Shown: positions 21,100 to 31,717, counted from the first letter of the stretch. The stretch is DNA of 64,000 bases from an uncultured Planctomycetaceae bacterium (GCA_963833985.1 CAWIAD010000001.1:2688001-2752000), one strand, 5' to 3'. Notes: generated by a model from the letters alone, not told the origin. A program made the numbers and translations.

Positions 21100-23343
21100 C
21101 CTACTTTCCGCACATCTCGCCTTGACTATCTCGTAATTTCCGTGTGCCCTCTTTCGGCCAGTCAGGCTCAAATCTCGTAGGCTTTGGGTATCCCCAGCAG
21201 GCGCAGGATTCTCTTCTGGAGCCGAGTTAACTCTGTGCTGAACACCTCAAGAGGGCGTTTCCCAGCCTTCAGGGAATGCTCTTGAACGTCCTCGTACAGG
21301 TCGATCACTTTTCGAGCCGTCGGGCGTCGGCAGGCCCGACCTTCGGAATACAGTGGCAGGCTCTCGATTCCCGCTCGTTCCATCGCGCGGCGGAGTTCTC
21401 GCTCCAACAGCGCCTCGACCAGCAACACGAAGAAGTACACGCAGAGCAAGGCCTGAATCCGACTCACCTCCTTCAGGTACATAGGCGCTACCACGAAGTC
21501 AGTCTTCAGGTGCTCGAACCGTCGTTCGATGGCCGGTTGCTGTTTGTAGGCCAAGAGCAGATCCTGCTCCGTCATCTTCGATTCGTTGCTCACCAGCGGG
21601 AAAATGCCATCACAGCGGGCCTCCTCATCCAGTCGCTCCAACTCAATCCGATGCTTCAACGAGTAACGGAGCTTCTCCTCTCGGACGTACCGCGTGTCCT
21701 GTCCAGGCCGGCCGCGTCGCTCCTGGCGGAACTTTTCGGTGACCTGCTCCTCGATCTCGACCGAGATCCACTCGGTGACCTCACAGTCCCGGAGCAGCTC
21801 CTCGACCGCCTCGGCGACCTTGGCTCGACTGCGGTACCGGGTTCGGGACGAGGCGAGCTTGGCACGCAGTTCGTCCAGTCGTTTCAACGCCTTCTCCAGC
21901 CGGGTCAGCCGTACCTCCGCATCCAACTCGGCCTTGCGTGTGCTGTGATACCAGATCAGCCGGTAACCCTCGGTGGTCTGGCTCGCAGGTTTGCAGATCG
22001 AGAAGCGGTCGGTCAACTGTCCCTTGTCGTCGTACTTGTCGTGGGTCCATCGCCACTGGATCTCTCCCCGGAGTACGGCGCCGCGGAAGGCACCGTCCTC
22101 ACTGCGAGTTCGCGGCAGCACGCTGAGGAACCGACCGCCGCGCTGATGCAGATAGGCCATGTTCTCGGTGGTGGCCAGCTTGCAGTCGGCGATGTAGAGA
22201 AAGTCTCGGCGTCCGGTCAGTTGACAGAGCAACTCCCAGGTCTCCTGGTGAGAGCGGTCGTCGGTGGCGTTGCCGCTCTCGACGCGAAAGTGCACCGGGA
22301 CGGCACCGTCGCCGGTCACGGTGAGGATGTAGAGTAGCTGCTTGAGGTCGGGGCGGTGGTCTTTGTTATGACCCCAGGTCACCGCCAACCGCAATTGTCC
22401 CCGCAGGGTTCGCTCCGCCTCCGCCGACTCGTAGTCACCGTGGAAAGTGATGGTGGTCGAGTCGTTGTGTAACTGGTCGAGGCTGACGTCGAATTCGCGT
22501 ACGGCATGGGCCGCGACCTTCAGGGCCAACCCCGAGAGATTGGCGTCGAAGAGACGGTCGAGGGCCCGGCCAACTCGATCGTCGTTCATTGCGGCGACTT
22601 GGACATCGGACAACCCGAACAGTTTCGGCTCATGGCGGGCCACCCACTCACCGACACCATAGAGTGGCTCACGCGAGATCAGCAGGTTGCGCAGCAGGAC
22701 GAGCAAGGCCGTGGCCGTGGGGACCCGAGTGCGGCCGTCCTCATGGGGCAGGTGGTCGCAGAGAAACTCGCGAAGGCGGAGCCGACTCAGGAAGTGTTGC
22801 AGGATGGGCACGGCGGCAATCCGCCGCGTGTTGAGCGTGCGCTTGCGTCCCTTCGAGCGGGCCGTCTCGCCGGGTTGGCGCGGTCGTTGAGGTTCGTTCA
22901 TGCGGATCATCTCCGGAGGGTTTGCAGCGAGTTGGCCGGTGTCCGCCGCCGGGCCTTCCAGGGCCGTGAGGGGAGCAGGCCGACCGCCGCAGGGCTTGCC
23001 GCAATGATGGCGGAGGAGATCGGGACGTCAAGGACAAAAAATCTTGTGATTCACTTATGACAATTTGCCTTGACGTAAGTTGTGAGCCGCTCAACTTACG
23101 CTCATAGCCCGTGTCACAAGTCGTCGCGGCGAGAATCGCGGCGCACGGCTGGACATTGCCAAGTCATAAGACAAGGCGAAGAATGGCTCGAGTTCAGGAA
23201 CGGTCCGGTTGGCGAACCATCTGAACCGAACAAGGTCCCCGTGCCGATCGACTTGTAGATGTTTACCGACCCTGGGGCCGCGTCTGAGAAGATGGCCTCA
23301 GGTCGAATTCGGGGAAATCAAAGGGAGATGTGCGGAAAGTAGG
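21100..23343 (-). mobile_element. IS1634-family element copy B (2244 bp), about 99% identical to copy A and inverted relative to it
   Basis: Same TIRs; 6-bp target duplication ATTCGT at 21094-21099 and 23344-23349. Confidence 0.94.
21168..22910 (-). CDS. IS1634-family DDE transposase
   Basis: 580 aa, 3 amino-acid differences from 669..2411. Confidence 0.92.
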   Translation of the reverse strand: MIRMNEPQRPRQPGETARSKGRKRTLNTRRIAAVPILQHFLSRLRLREFLCDHLPHEDGRTRVPTATALLVLLRNLLISREPLYGVGEWVARHEPKLFGLSDVQVAAMNDDRVGRALDRLFDANLSGLALKVAAHAVREFDVSLDQLHNDSTTITFHGDYESAEAERTLRGQLRLAVTWGHNKDHRPDLKQLLYILTVTGDGAVPVHFRVESGNATDDRSHQETWELLCQLTGRRDFLYIADCKLATTENMAYLHQRGGRFLSVLPRTRSEDGAFRGAVLRGEIQWRWTHDKYDDKGQLTDRFSICKPASQTTEGYRLIWYHSTRKAELDAEVRLTRLEKALKRLDELRAKLASSRTRYRSRAKVAEAVEELLRDCEVTEWISVEIEEQVTEKFRQERRGRPGQDTRYVREEKLRYSLKHRIELERLDEEARCDGIFPLVSNESKMTEQDLLLAYKQQPAIERRFEHLKTDFVVAPMYLKEVSRIQALLCVYFFVLLVEALLERELRRAMERAGIESLPLYSEGRACRRPTARKVIDLYEDVQEHSLKAGKRPLEVFSTELTRLQKRILRLLGIPKAYEI

Positions 23344-23908
23344 ATTCGTGGGACCTCGACAAGGGGATTTTCCGCTACTTTGAGAACACGAAGGGTCTGA
23401 CCAATGAGCAGGGAATCGAAGGCAAGTATGTGATCGCCACGAGTGAAGCAGCGCTCAGCGTGCTTGAGGTCGTGGCGATCTACAAGGACCTGAGCGATGT
23501 CGAGCGCGGGTTTCGCCAGCTCAAGGACGTGCTGGCCATGCGGCCGATTTATCATCAGATTGAGGAACGAGTAAAAGCACATATTTTCGTAGCTGCACTG
23601 GCATTACTGGTCCAGCGGCTATTGCACCGCCGACTTGAGCACGCTGGGATAGATTTCTCTCCAGAGAGGGCGATGCAAGCTCTCTCCACGCTCCGGGTGG
23701 TGACCCTCCGTCTCGACGATCAGCCCGAACGGCAAGGAGTCAGTGGAGGCTGCCCCGATGCGCGGCGGGTCCTGAAGGCGCTGGGCTTAACCGAGCTCAG
23801 GCCGCCAGCACCACCGGAAGACGAAAAAACCGTGATGTAGTGACAATCTGAAAAATCGCCCCTTGCGCCGCAAGGACTTAGGGCGACCCACCCCAAACAT
23901 GGGCTAGG

Positions 23909-25270
23909 TCGTCTCTGGAGCTCGTGTTGTCAGCGGGATCGGTTGCCGGCTATCCGGACGCCCACCTCCTGAAACTGGTGGCCGGCAGCATCGATGGAAC
24001 GAGAGATCTTGCCCTGCGGGCGCTGCTTGACCGTCATGGACCGATGGTCTGGGGCGTCTGCCGCCAGCTCCTCGAGCAGTCGCATGACGCGGACGATGCG
24101 TTTCAGGCCACGTTCCTGGTCCTGATCCGCAAGGCGGCGTCGCTCAGGGTGAACGGATCGCTGGGCCCCTGGCTCTACCAGGTCGCCTCGCGCGTGGCAC
24201 GACAGGCGCGGTCACGCCGCCGTGAAGAACCGTCGAGCGGGTTCCTGGAGCAACTCTCCATTGTGGATGAGAGCGACGGGCCACGCGGGGCGACACCGGA
24301 GCAGCTTGCCGTGCTGCATGGAGAGGTGAACCGCCTGCCCGCCCGGTATCGCCTGCCGATCGTGCTCTGCCATCTCGAGGGGAAATCCCACGAAGAAGCC
24401 GCCCGTGCGCTGCGCTGGCCAGTGGGCACCGTGAGCGGCCGGCTGTCGCGTGGGCGATCTCTGCTCCGTGCACGCCTGGAACGCCGGGGCTGGAAGACCC
24501 CCGACGACCTCATCGGAGCAACGCTTCCCGCGGGTTGCTGGTCACGCGTCCCCCCGCCGCTCCTCGAGCACGGCCTCCGGGCAGCCGTTCGTCTCGCGTC
24601 CGGCGGTGCTGCCACCGGCGCGTCGACACTTTTCATGAAAGGAGTGTTGCGATCCATGATGTGGAATCAAATGAAAGCAACGGCAATCATGCTCGCCGCG
24701 GTTGCGTGCCTGACCGGTACGGCCGGGCTGCTGGTGCAAGCCTCCCTGGCGTCCTCGGATGCGGCCCGGACAGAGCGGCCGACCACTTCCGCGGGCAATG
24801 CGTCGGGCCAGGTTGCGAACGATCGATCACCGGCACCCGCGCAAGCGGCGGAGGAGCTGGGCCTGGCAGACCCGCAAGCCGGCGGACAGCGTGCTCGCTC
24901 AACCCGCAAACCCGCCACTGACGCTTCCGGCGAGATCACGGTCGAGAATGCTTCTCCGGTCGTGGTGAAGACGATCCGCCAGTCTGGCGCTACCGATGTG
25001 GACCCCGCTCTGAGTGAAATCCGGGTGACGTTCTCGAAAGACATGATCGATAAGAGCTGGTCCTGGACCACACTCTCGAAGGAGACGTTTCCCGAGGCCG
25101 CGGGCGCGGTCCACTTTCTCGAAGTCCATCGGACCTGCATCATGCCTGTGAAGCTCAAGCCCGGCCGGACGTACGCCACCTGGATCAACTCCAGCCGGTT
25201 CACCAACTTCATGGACCGCGACCGCCACTCCGCCGTCCCTTACCTGCTGGTCTTCCGCACCAGACCCTGA
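23909..25270 (+). pseudogene. Extended ECF sigma factor with TM and C-terminal Ig-like (Big_5-type) domain, 5' end cut off by IS
   Basis: RHGPMVWGVC, DDAFQATFLVL, WPVGTVSGRL; C-terminal PVVVKT..GATDVDP...VTFSKDM. Confidence 0.85.
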
Positions 25271-25484
25271 CCGAGCACTCCTCCTGTTTCCGCTTGCAGC
25301 CTGTTCCACCGGCTGGAACGACCCGGCTTCATCAGCAAGCCGGGACCGTTCCGGCCGGAACACATCTTCTTCAGCCTCTGCCGTTCCCGCCGGAACTCAC
25401 GGTCTTCAGCCTCTGCCGTTACCGTCTCTTTCTCGCCCCGAGACACGTCTTCGCCGCCACTCGAGAATTCTTCCACTTTTCTTC

Positions 25485-25536
25485 TTGACACTCTTAGACG
25501 GCCTGTCTCTAATACTTCTTAGACAACTCGTCTCTA
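25485..25536 (+). promoter_or_regulatory. blaI promoter with two tandem operators
   Basis: TTGACA at 25485; TCTTAGAC-N5-GTCTCTA at 25492 and 25517. Confidence 0.75.
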
Positions 25537-25551
25537 TTGTGCGAGCCGCCA

Positions 25552-25959
25552 ATGGGCCGGTCGATTGGTGATGTGACGGACGCGGAGCTGATGGTCTTGC
25601 AGGAGCTCTGGGAGCTCGGAGCGACCAGTGTTCGCCAGCTTGTCGAGAGGCTTTACCCGGCGGGCGGTCCTTCGGCGGCGCCGACGGTGCAGAAGCTGCT
25701 CGAGCGGCTGGAAGCCAAGGGTTATGTGGCGCGTGACCGGAGCGGCCACGTTCAGACCTTTCGCGCCACGGTCGATCGCGGGGACCTGATCAAGCGCCGG
25801 CTGCGGGGGCTGGCCGAAGCGCTCTGCGGCGGTTCGCTGAGCTCGCTGCTGACGCACCTGGTGCAGGACGAGGGCCTGGACGCGAACCAGCGCAAGGCAC
25901 TGCGCAAGCTGGTTGACGAGTGGGATTCGAAGCAGCAAAAACCGGGCAGAAAATCCTGA
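25552..25959 (+). CDS. BlaI/MecI/CopY family repressor
   Basis: TDAELMVLQELW...TVQKLLERLEAKGYV...GGSLSSLL; adjacent M56 gene. Confidence 0.92.
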   Translation: MGRSIGDVTDAELMVLQELWELGATSVRQLVERLYPAGGPSAAPTVQKLLERLEAKGYVARDRSGHVQTFRATVDRGDLIKRRLRGLAEALCGGSLSSLLTHLVQDEGLDANQRKALRKLVDEWDSKQQKPGRKS

Positions 25960-25981
25960 GCAACGTTCAGAGGTGCCGGTT

Positions 25982-28303
25982 GTGGATGCGCTCTTCTCGA
26001 TCATCCTCAGCAATTCGTTCGCGGCCCTGGTGCTCGCGCTGAGCGCGTCGCTTGCCGGCCGCCTCACACGCCGGCCGCAGGTGGTGCACTGGCTCTGGGT
26101 GCTCGTGCTGGTGAAGCTGATCACGCCCCCCTTATGGAGGATTCCCGTCTCCCGGCCTGTGGCTCCGGGGCCTGCCGCGGTTGCCACGGCGGCAAGTTCA
26201 GAACAGCAGGGAGCGCCGGCTCCTCTCTCCCCGGCGGAGCCGAGCGGCCAGGGGGCGACCCGGCACTCCAGTCTCCGGCTTGGTGCACCCTCGCCGCCCG
26301 TGGCGGATCCGCCCTTGCCGCTCGCCTCAAACGGAGGAATAGAGTCCTGGCTGAGCCACCAGATCGACGTTTTTGTGATTGCTTCGTGGCTCGGTGGCGC
26401 GGTCTTCCTGGGCTGGCACACATGCTCGCGAATCCGCAGGTTCCAGCGGCTGTTACGCGAGTGCGTGCCCGCCTGCGATGCAATTCAAGCCAGGACGCAG
26501 GAGCTCGCGAGCCGTCTGGGAACACGTCGCGCTCCGCAGGTCTGGATGAGTCTCGCCTCGGTTTCTCCGCTGCTCTGGGCCATGGGCTGCCGACCCCGGC
26601 TGGTCGTTCCATCCTCACTCTGGGAGCGACTCGAAGACGGCCAGCGCAACGCGCTTCTGCTGCACGAACTGGCTCACTGGAAGCGCTGCGATCACCGGGT
26701 GCGTGTGCTCGAGATCCTCTCGACCTGCCTCTACTGGTGGCATCCTGTCGTGTGGTGGGCGCGGCGAAGCCTGCGCGAGGCCGAGGAGCACTGCTGCGAC
26801 GACCTCGTGCTACACGTACTGGGCGGGAAATCAAAGACATACGCTTACACGTTGCTGGACACCCTTGATTTCCTCGCCGGTGGCCCGGCGATCCAGCCCC
26901 TGGGCGGCAGCGGTCTGATCGAGGAATCGCAGGTCAAGCGCAGGCTGGTACGCATCCTGAACGGTGCGGCCGTGTTCCGTTTGACCCTGGCGGGCGGACT
27001 GTGCCTGTTCGGCCTTTCGATGTGCGCGCTTTGCACTGGACCGTTCCTGAGACCGGCGGTTCCGCGTTTTCGCATACTGGAGCTGGGCACGCTGGGTGGC
27101 CTGTCCACCGAGGGGATGAAGCTGAACGGCGCGGGGTGGGTGATCGGCTACTCCGCGGCCCGGCCGGGCGATCGCGGATATCCCAGCTCGATGCGTGCCT
27201 TCCGCGCCGCTCCGCATCGCCCGATTGATCCCCGCACGGACGATCTGGCCGCGCTGGTCGCGGCCTTCGACCCGCGGGCAAGACGGGTCGAGCCGATGAC
27301 GATCAACGCGGCCGGCCAGATCGTCATGGTGGCTCACGGCGGCGCGCCCATGGACCCCAAACAGCCAAGCTACAACTACCGGCTCGACGCGGATCGCCTG
27401 GTGGATCTCGATCTCGACCCGGCGCTCGACCGGCCGACCGTCACCGGGCTGAACGACCCTGGCCAGATGATCGGTTACTACGGCCGATGGCTTCCCGGAC
27501 CGGGCGGAAGGCGCGGGCCGGATCGCTCGTTTCACAGCTTCAGGACGCTCCCGGCTGAGGTGCCAGACCTGGCTCGAGACGACCTGGGCAGCCTCGGCGG
27601 CGACCGCACCTATGCCTGGAGCATCAATGCCGGTGGACAGGTCGCCGGTGAATCCGCCACACCGCGGCAGCTTCACCATGCCTTCCGCACGGCTGCGAAC
27701 CGGCCCATCGATCCGGCCACTGACGACCTGGGCACCCTCGGCGGCCTCACCAGCAGCGCGCACGGAATCAACGATCGCGGCGAGGTGGTCGGAGAGTCGT
27801 CCACCGCCGGACAGGGGTCTCTGCACGCCTTCCACACGGCTCCGAACCGGCCCATCGATCCGGCCAGCGACGACCTGGGCACCCTCGGCGGCGATACCAG
27901 CCGCGCCAACGCGATCAACAACCAAGGGGACGTCGTCGGTACCTCGGAGACTCCTGTCCCGGGCCAGCCGCACGCATTCCTGTTCCAGGCTGGCAAGATG
28001 ATCGACCTGCATTCGCTCGTGGGGCTCGATCGTCACTGGTTTCTGGAAGACGCGCGCGACATCAATGATCGGGGGGAAATCCTCGCGATCGCCAGGGCCG
28101 ACTGGCCCCATCCCGCGGGCCCGATCCGCCGGACGTTCGTGCTCACGCCGGTGCCCGACCTCACGGTCCTGGCTGTGCTCATGATGGGTACGGTCGCCGG
28201 CGCATCGGGACTGGCCGTCTCGAAGTGCGTCCGGCTGAAATCTCTTCAATCGAGGTCCCATTTCCGTGTACATAACCCGATGAGACTGCCGGAAGAGGCG
28301 TGA
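25982..28303 (+). CDS. BlaR1-like M56 peptidase with HAF-repeat extracytoplasmic domain
   Basis: HWLWVLVLVKL, LLHELAH, YWWHP, EEHCCD; repeated DLGTLGG..S.A..IN..G.VVG.S...HAF. Confidence 0.9.
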   Translation: MDALFSIILSNSFAALVLALSASLAGRLTRRPQVVHWLWVLVLVKLITPPLWRIPVSRPVAPGPAAVATAASSEQQGAPAPLSPAEPSGQGATRHSSLRLGAPSPPVADPPLPLASNGGIESWLSHQIDVFVIASWLGGAVFLGWHTCSRIRRFQRLLRECVPACDAIQARTQELASRLGTRRAPQVWMSLASVSPLLWAMGCRPRLVVPSSLWERLEDGQRNALLLHELAHWKRCDHRVRVLEILSTCLYWWHPVVWWARRSLREAEEHCCDDLVLHVLGGKSKTYAYTLLDTLDFLAGGPAIQPLGGSGLIEESQVKRRLVRILNGAAVFRLTLAGGLCLFGLSMCALCTGPFLRPAVPRFRILELGTLGGLSTEGMKLNGAGWVIGYSAARPGDRGYPSSMRAFRAAPHRPIDPRTDDLAALVAAFDPRARRVEPMTINAAGQIVMVAHGGAPMDPKQPSYNYRLDADRLVDLDLDPALDRPTVTGLNDPGQMIGYYGRWLPGPGGRRGPDRSFHSFRTLPAEVPDLARDDLGSLGGDRTYAWSINAGGQVAGESATPRQLHHAFRTAANRPIDPATDDLGTLGGLTSSAHGINDRGEVVGESSTAGQGSLHAFHTAPNRPIDPASDDLGTLGGDTSRANAINNQGDVVGTSETPVPGQPHAFLFQAGKMIDLHSLVGLDRHWFLEDARDINDRGEILAIARADWPHPAGPIRRTFVLTPVPDLTVLAVLMMGTVAGASGLAVSKCVRLKSLQSRSHFRVHNPMRLPEEA

Positions 28304-28484
28304 TCACCGGCGAGTCGAGTTCCGGCCTTCATCGACGTCATTCGACCCTTCTTCGTTTTTGCCATCATCAGCCCCACCGTGGGAAAGGAGCCTCTCCCCC
28401 CGCGCCGATCGTGGTGCGCATCAATCTTGTGCGTTTCTTCCGTTGTTATCTTCTTACCTTCACATCGCAACGAGGAGTTCTTTC

Positions 28485-30206
28485 ATGCGCTCGTTTCACT
28501 CCCTGAGATCCCGATCGGATTCGTTCAACGCCATGCCGCGGAGTGCCCGACGGCGCGGCTTCCGGCCCGGCGTCAATCCGCTTGAAGGCCGCCAGTTGCT
28601 CAGCACGCTCGTGGTCCAGAATCTGAACGACAGCGGCACCGGCTCGCTGCGCGCCGAGATCGGGCTGGCGCAAAGCGGCGACGTGATCCGCTTCGCCAAG
28701 GGGCTCGCCGGCACGATCACGCTTTCGAGCGGGCCGCTCACCATCACGAGTGGACTCACCATCCGAGGGCCAGGAGCCGGCACGATCAACGTCAGCGGCG
28801 GTGGAACGAGCGGCGTCTTCCTGGTCGAAAGCCCCTACGGCACGCCCCCTCCGCCACCCATCGTGGTCAACTTGTCGGGCCTGACCATCTCGGGCAGTGA
28901 CGTCTATGATCCCGGCTTGACCAACTTCGGCGCCACGATGACGCTCACGAACGTCGTCGTGACCGGCAACCAGGGAAGCGGTATCGGCAACTACGGGATC
29001 ATGACCTTGAAGAGTTCCCAGGTCACGGGGAACACCTCGGGAACGGTGGGTTCCGGGCTCGGACTGGCAGGCGGCATCTTCAACTTCGCCACATTGAATG
29101 TCGTGAACAGTTCCATCTCGAACAACACGGTTCAGGGCACCGAAGCTGTGGGCGGAGGCATCTTGAGCACGTTCAACAGCGTGCTCAGCATCACGAACAG
29201 CAGTTTCACCGGCAACACCGCCAGCGGCGACGGCGGAGGAGGCTACGGCGGCGCGATCCATACCGACTCGGGTTCCATCGGGACAATCACGAACAGCACC
29301 TTCACGGGCAACGTGGCCAGCGATGCCTTGAACGTCGGCCAGGGTGGCGCGATCGACATGAACTTCCAGTCGAGTGTGACCGTGAAGAACAGCACTTTCA
29401 GCGGCAACCAGGCATCGGGCGCAACGGTGATCAACGACGGGGGCTCCGGTAACGGCGGTGCCATCAGCGACGGCGGCAGCCTCAGCGCCAGCAACTCCAC
29501 ATTCGCAAGCAACCAGGCTGTGGGAGGTGGCGGCGGAGGCTTCGCCCTCGGTGGTGCGATGCTCGTGAATGGCACAGGGGCGTCGGTCTTCCTGGCGAAC
29601 GATCTGCTCGTCGGCAATTCCGCCACGGCCGGCTCGAGCACGAATGGCTATGGCTATGGGGGCATTGCGGCAGGCGGCGCGATCGACGATTTCTATGGCG
29701 ACCCGTCAACCATTCGGAACTGCACCTTGCTTGACAACGTCGCGACGGGAGGCGGGGGCATCGGCACCGGAAACGTGGGAGGCCAGGCTCTGGGGGGTGC
29801 GATCCAGAACTTTGGCAGCATGCTCTCGATCACCAATAGCACGATCTCGGGCAACCAGGCGATCGGTGGCGGAGGCTACAACGGTGGCACGGGCGGCAAC
29901 GGCGCGGGCGGTGGCATCGAGAACGACGGCGGAGCGACGCTGACCGTGACCGGCGGTACCATCAACGCCAACCTCGCCCAGGGCGGCCTTTACGCTGACG
30001 GCCTGGGTGGCGGCATCTACAGCAACCAGTCCACGGCAACAGTCACGGATACGCTGTTCACGCTTGACTCCGCTCTGGGCGGCTACGGCGGACAGGGCAT
30101 CGGCGGTGGGGTGTACACGCTCGGCGGAGGCACCACGCTGCAAGGTAAGACCCGGGTGTTCGGCAATTTCGCGAGCACCTCGAACAACAACATCTTCAGC
30201 GGGTGA
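28485..30206 (+). CDS. Gly/Asn-rich beta-helix (Pmp-like GGAI/FxxN repeat) extracellular protein
   Basis: PLEGRQLLS N-terminal motif, NLNDSGTGSLR, repeated GGAI and FTGN. Confidence 0.88.
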   Translation: MRSFHSLRSRSDSFNAMPRSARRRGFRPGVNPLEGRQLLSTLVVQNLNDSGTGSLRAEIGLAQSGDVIRFAKGLAGTITLSSGPLTITSGLTIRGPGAGTINVSGGGTSGVFLVESPYGTPPPPPIVVNLSGLTISGSDVYDPGLTNFGATMTLTNVVVTGNQGSGIGNYGIMTLKSSQVTGNTSGTVGSGLGLAGGIFNFATLNVVNSSISNNTVQGTEAVGGGILSTFNSVLSITNSSFTGNTASGDGGGGYGGAIHTDSGSIGTITNSTFTGNVASDALNVGQGGAIDMNFQSSVTVKNSTFSGNQASGATVINDGGSGNGGAISDGGSLSASNSTFASNQAVGGGGGGFALGGAMLVNGTGASVFLANDLLVGNSATAGSSTNGYGYGGIAAGGAIDDFYGDPSTIRNCTLLDNVATGGGGIGTGNVGGQALGGAIQNFGSMLSITNSTISGNQAIGGGGYNGGTGGNGAGGGIENDGGATLTVTGGTINANLAQGGLYADGLGGGIYSNQSTATVTDTLFTLDSALGGYGGQGIGGGVYTLGGGTTLQGKTRVFGNFASTSNNNIFSG

Positions 30207-30251
30207 GTATCCGGTGCGCCGTCGCTGCGATTGACGCAACCTACGATGGCT
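30204..30251 (+). repeat. About 45-bp direct repeat starting at the stop codon; second copy at 31718
   Basis: TGAGTATCCGGTGCGCCGTCGCTGC..TTGACGCA present at 30204 and 31718. Confidence 0.8.
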
Positions 30252-30296
30252 AGGGCGTTTTTCTGAGGGTTTCAGGCAGCTGCTGAGTTCTGTAAA

Positions 30297-30362
30297 GGGG
30301 GGGCAGACATTCCTGTCTGCCAGGGCAGGACTGCTCCGGCAGGCAGGAATGCCTGCCCCCCC
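30297..30362. repeat. REP/REPIN-like palindromic doublet
   Basis: GGGGCAGACATTCCTGTCTGCC...GGCAGGCAGGAATGCCTGCCCC. Confidence 0.75.
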
Positions 30363-30398
30363 GGTCTCAGTCTGCGATCCAAGTGAAAACCGCACTGA

Positions 30399-31717
30399 GG
30401 AACCGCGAAAAAATAACTTGAGCAATTATTTTGTGGGACGGATGGTGTAGTTCCATTCGCCGTGGAACTTGGCACGCGTCAATCTCAGGTGAGCGAGTTG
30501 CTCGTCGCTGACCTCAATCCCTATTTCATATTCATTGGTATCCAGGGCTGCTTGCACCGTCAATCCCGTCTCTTTGGTCGTGCTAGCGATGAGGTTGACG
30601 ATCACCTCGTAACTGGTCAACGGTCGGCCCCGCCAGTTCTTGGTGATGAAGCAGAAGAGGCGATGCTCGATCTTGTTCCACTTACTCGTTCCCGGTGGGA
30701 AGTGACAGACACGAAGGATCAGACCCAAGTCGTTTGCCAAGCCTTGCAGGGCAACCTTCCACAAGCGGTTACGACTGCTGTTGCTCCCCCCACCATCGGC
30801 TGTGATCATCAACTCGGTCGCTCGCGGATAACGGCTGGCCCCCAACTCGTGCCACCAGCGACCGATGCTTGCCGCGGCGAACTGGGCCGTATCATGATCA
30901 ATCCCCACGCTGACCCAACCCTCGTTGCGGGCCATGTCGTACACACCGTAGGGGATCGCTTTGCCGAGTTTCTTGTCTGGGAAGTCGTGCACTTTGACTT
31001 TCTCGGGCTTCCCCTTCGGCTGCCACTCCTCGCCCACATTCTTGAACTCGCCCACCAACTCCTTCTTTTTCGTGTCGACGGAGACCACCGGCTGGTAGCG
31101 CCTTTGGCACGCAACGACCTGTCGATTGATATACTCAAACTGTGCGTTGCGATCCGGATGCGAAGAGCCTTCCTTGGTCTTTCGATTGGCCTGCAAGCTG
31201 TAGCCCGACTGCTTCAGGAGGGCCGCGACGGTGCGGTCTGTTACGGGGTGGTTCTGCCGTTGAAGTTCCTCTGCCAACCTGCGTGTGCTCTTACACGTCC
31301 AGCGCAAGGGAGATTCTGGGTGCCCTCGAGTAACCGGATCAACCAAAGCATTCAGAGCCTTCAACAATCCGGGGTCAATCTCCGTCAGCGGCTTGCGACC
31401 ACCCCCGATACACCGCAGGCGGACACCAACGGCCTCGCCCGGATTTGCCTGGCGATGCTCAAGTTCACGGACACCGGTCGCGATGGTATTGCGCCGAGCC
31501 CTGTAGCAGCCGAGACAACGGTGACGCCACCCCAACCAAGCGCGGCGGCTTCAGCGGCAGCCCATTGTCTACGCATCCGCTCGTCCATCACAGGAGAGAT
31601 CGCCAGGTATTTCTGTCGTATCCGTTCGATTGCTTTTGCATCCTGCATGCAGCAAGTATCGTCAAAATATCCACTTCCCACAATACGAACTTGCTTAAGT
31701 TATTTTTTCGCGGTTCC
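30399..31717 (-). mobile_element. ISAzo13-family insertion sequence
   Basis: 27-bp TIR GGAACCGCGAAAAAATAACTTRAGCAA; 3-bp TGA target duplication. Confidence 0.88.
30426..31648 (-). CDS. ISAzo13-family transposase, frameshift near 31495
   Basis: SVDTKKKE, ITADGGGSN, GTSKWNKIEHRLF; N-terminus MQDAK...AATGL lies in another frame. Confidence 0.88.

Larger units (their letters stand above)
19841..23840 (+). pseudogene. IS1634-family transposase interrupted by nested IS (21100..23343), with a frameshift near 20991
   Basis: YDITSTYFEG, GYSRDGKP, VGDRGM; RYYS|WDLDKG continues across the insertion to YKDLSDVERGFRQLK. Confidence 0.88.
19648..23908 (+). mobile_element. Second IS1634-type element (about 2.0 kb without its insert), host of a nested IS
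   Basis: 20-bp TIR CCTAGCCCATGTTTGGGGTG / CACCCCAAACATGGGCTAGG; encloses a split transposase. Confidence 0.88.

Noticed and set aside
236..23343. Composite transposon bounded by the two identical IS1634 copies
   Set aside because: Each copy has its own distinct target duplication, so the insertions were independent
27690..27900. CRISPR-like spaced repeats
   Set aside because: In-frame coding HAF repeats; no cas genes
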